This document shows, piece by piece, positions 62,795 through 64,000 of a stretch of DNA of 64,000 bases (positions are counted from its first letter, which is position 1; each line of letters begins with the position of its first letter). The stretch covers positions 288,001-352,000 of the forward strand of contig CAVSOU010000007.1 of assembly GCA_963729625.1 (NCBI GenBank). Reading direction: 5' to 3'. The stretch comes from an uncultured bacterium. Lineage in GTDB: Bacteria; Chloroflexota; UBA5177; JANWHV01. Position numbers and translations under genes: made by a program. The notes under the pieces were generated by a model that worked only from the letters and a program-made list of their open reading frames with translations, was not told the DNA's origin and did no database searches.

Positions 62795-63049
62795 CTACGC
62801 CGATTCAGCCGCAAGATTCTCTTCGAGCACGCCCATCTCCCGGAACAGGGCAAGCGTTTCCTGAGCGGACTGTTCGTCGAGCCTCGTGATGGCGAAGCCA
62901 ACATGAACGATCGTGTAGTCACCGATCTCGGCCTCTGGCACGTAGGCCAAACATATGTCCTTCACAATGCCGCCAAAGTCGGCGCGTCCCATGCGCACGC
63001 CATTTTCCTCATGAATCTCAATGATCTGTCCCGGAATCCCAAGGCACAT
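62795..63049 (-). CDS. hypC: Hydrogenase chaperone HypC
   Basis: MCLGIPG, VHVGFAI. Confidence 0.97.
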   Translation of the reverse strand: MCLGIPGQIIEIHEENGVRMGRADFGGIVKDICLAYVPEAEIGDYTIVHVGFAITRLDEQSAQETLALFREMGVLEENLAAESA

Positions 63050-63124
63050 GCCGGCCGCCTCTCGTATCTGTGGTCATACCAAAAGTCTGAGTTTCCCAAC
63101 CCTTCGGGGCTGCACGCCTCCCTG

Positions 63125-64000
63125 CTAGTCTACTGCACGACGGCTTCCGACAATTGCCTGGCCCAGCGCGAGCCCGCCGTCGTTAGGCGGCACGACTCGA
63201 TGCGTCAACACGGTGAACCCGCTGGTCGTGCACGCCTGCACGGCATCGGACAGCAAATGGACGTTCTGAAACACGCCGCCGCTGAGCGCAACCGTACTCA
63301 GGCCTTCGTTGTCGCGGATTTGCTGGCAGATGGCAAGCACTACAGTGGCAACAGCCCGGTGGAACCCTGCCGCGATTACCGCGGGCGGGGTGCGGCGGCG
63401 CAGGTCCGCGACAATTGCCGCAAGCACCGGAGCCGGATCGATCAGGGCCGGCGCGGATGAATGCGGCGCGGCCAGAAGACCGAACGCGTAGGCTCCCGCT
63501 GGCCCGTCCGAGGCCTGCCCGCTTCGGTGCTCATCGTCGTACGCGTGCGGACCAGAAGAAAGCAGTGCCTCCATCTCGATCGCCGCCTGAGCCTCGTACG
63601 AGACAGAGTGCTTGATTCCGATCAGGGAAGCCACCGCGTCGAACAAGCGGCCCATACTGCTGCAGGGAACGCAGTTCAAGCCGTTCTCCAGCTGGCGACG
63701 GAGGACCTGGCGCTCCCATGGCCTGGCGGCTTGCACCGGCGCCAGGTCATCATCCCAGGGAATGCCAGCGGACCACAGGTGCGCGAATGCCGCACGATAG
63801 GGGTGCTTCACCGCTCCATCACCGCCCGGCATGGGAACGTACTTCAGGTGCGCAGCGCGACGGAAGTTATCGTAGTCGGCGATCAATACTTCGCCCCCCC
63901 AAATGGCGCCGTCCAGCCCATAGCCGGTGCCATCGAAGCTACAGCCGATCACGGGCCGGCCGCCATCGTGCTGGTGCTCGGCCATCACCGCGGCTATGTG
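63125..64000 (-). CDS. hypF: Carbamoyltransferase HypF, C-terminal part (start beyond the window)
   Basis: FDGTGYG, SSMGRLFDA, SGGVFQN, PPNDGGLALGQA. Confidence 0.96.
   Translation of the reverse strand, partial: HIAAVMAEHQHDGGRPVIGCSFDGTGYGLDGAIWGGEVLIADYDNFRRAAHLKYVPMPGGDGAVKHPYRAAFAHLWSAGIPWDDDLAPVQAARPWERQVLRRQLENGLNCVPCSSMGRLFDAVASLIGIKHSVSYEAQAAIEMEALLSSGPHAYDDEHRSGQASDGPAGAYAFGLLAAPHSSAPALIDPAPVLAAIVADLRRRTPPAVIAAGFHRAVATVVLAICQQIRDNEGLSTVALSGGVFQNVHLLSDAVQACTTSGFTVLTHRVVPPNDGGLALGQAIVGSRRAVD

Overview
High-GC bacterial chromosome segment, probably Chloroflexota (inferred from gene styles, not proven). No phage, IS or CRISPR array was seen. The left half is mostly housekeeping: 5' part of sucA, gap-pgk-tpi, two lepB paralogues flanking tRNA-Arg(UCG), an orphan cheB lacking its catalytic Ser, dnaA without dnaN, proB, yggS/yggT, hisS-hisHAF(IE), dgt, an M23-SH3 hydrolase, and dut and fumC, each with a 1-nt frameshift. 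The right half looks like a hypoxia/fermentation island: DosR-like regulator, two DosS/T-like heme-GAF kinases, GNAT-acyl-CoA ligase, cysteine-less SQR homologue, pgi, cNMP protein and hypF-C-D-E. The best candidate for an undescribed system is 36102-41166. There, a secreted precursor with five 15-aa repeats, an NHLP/Nif11-leader-like small protein and an HD-GYP phosphodiesterase lie in one apparent operon, divergent from a 1059-aa STAND-TPR-wHTH-BTAD regulator. This reads as a possible peptide-signalling cassette linked to cyclic dinucleotide turnover. All calls come from motif recognition by eye; no database searches were run.
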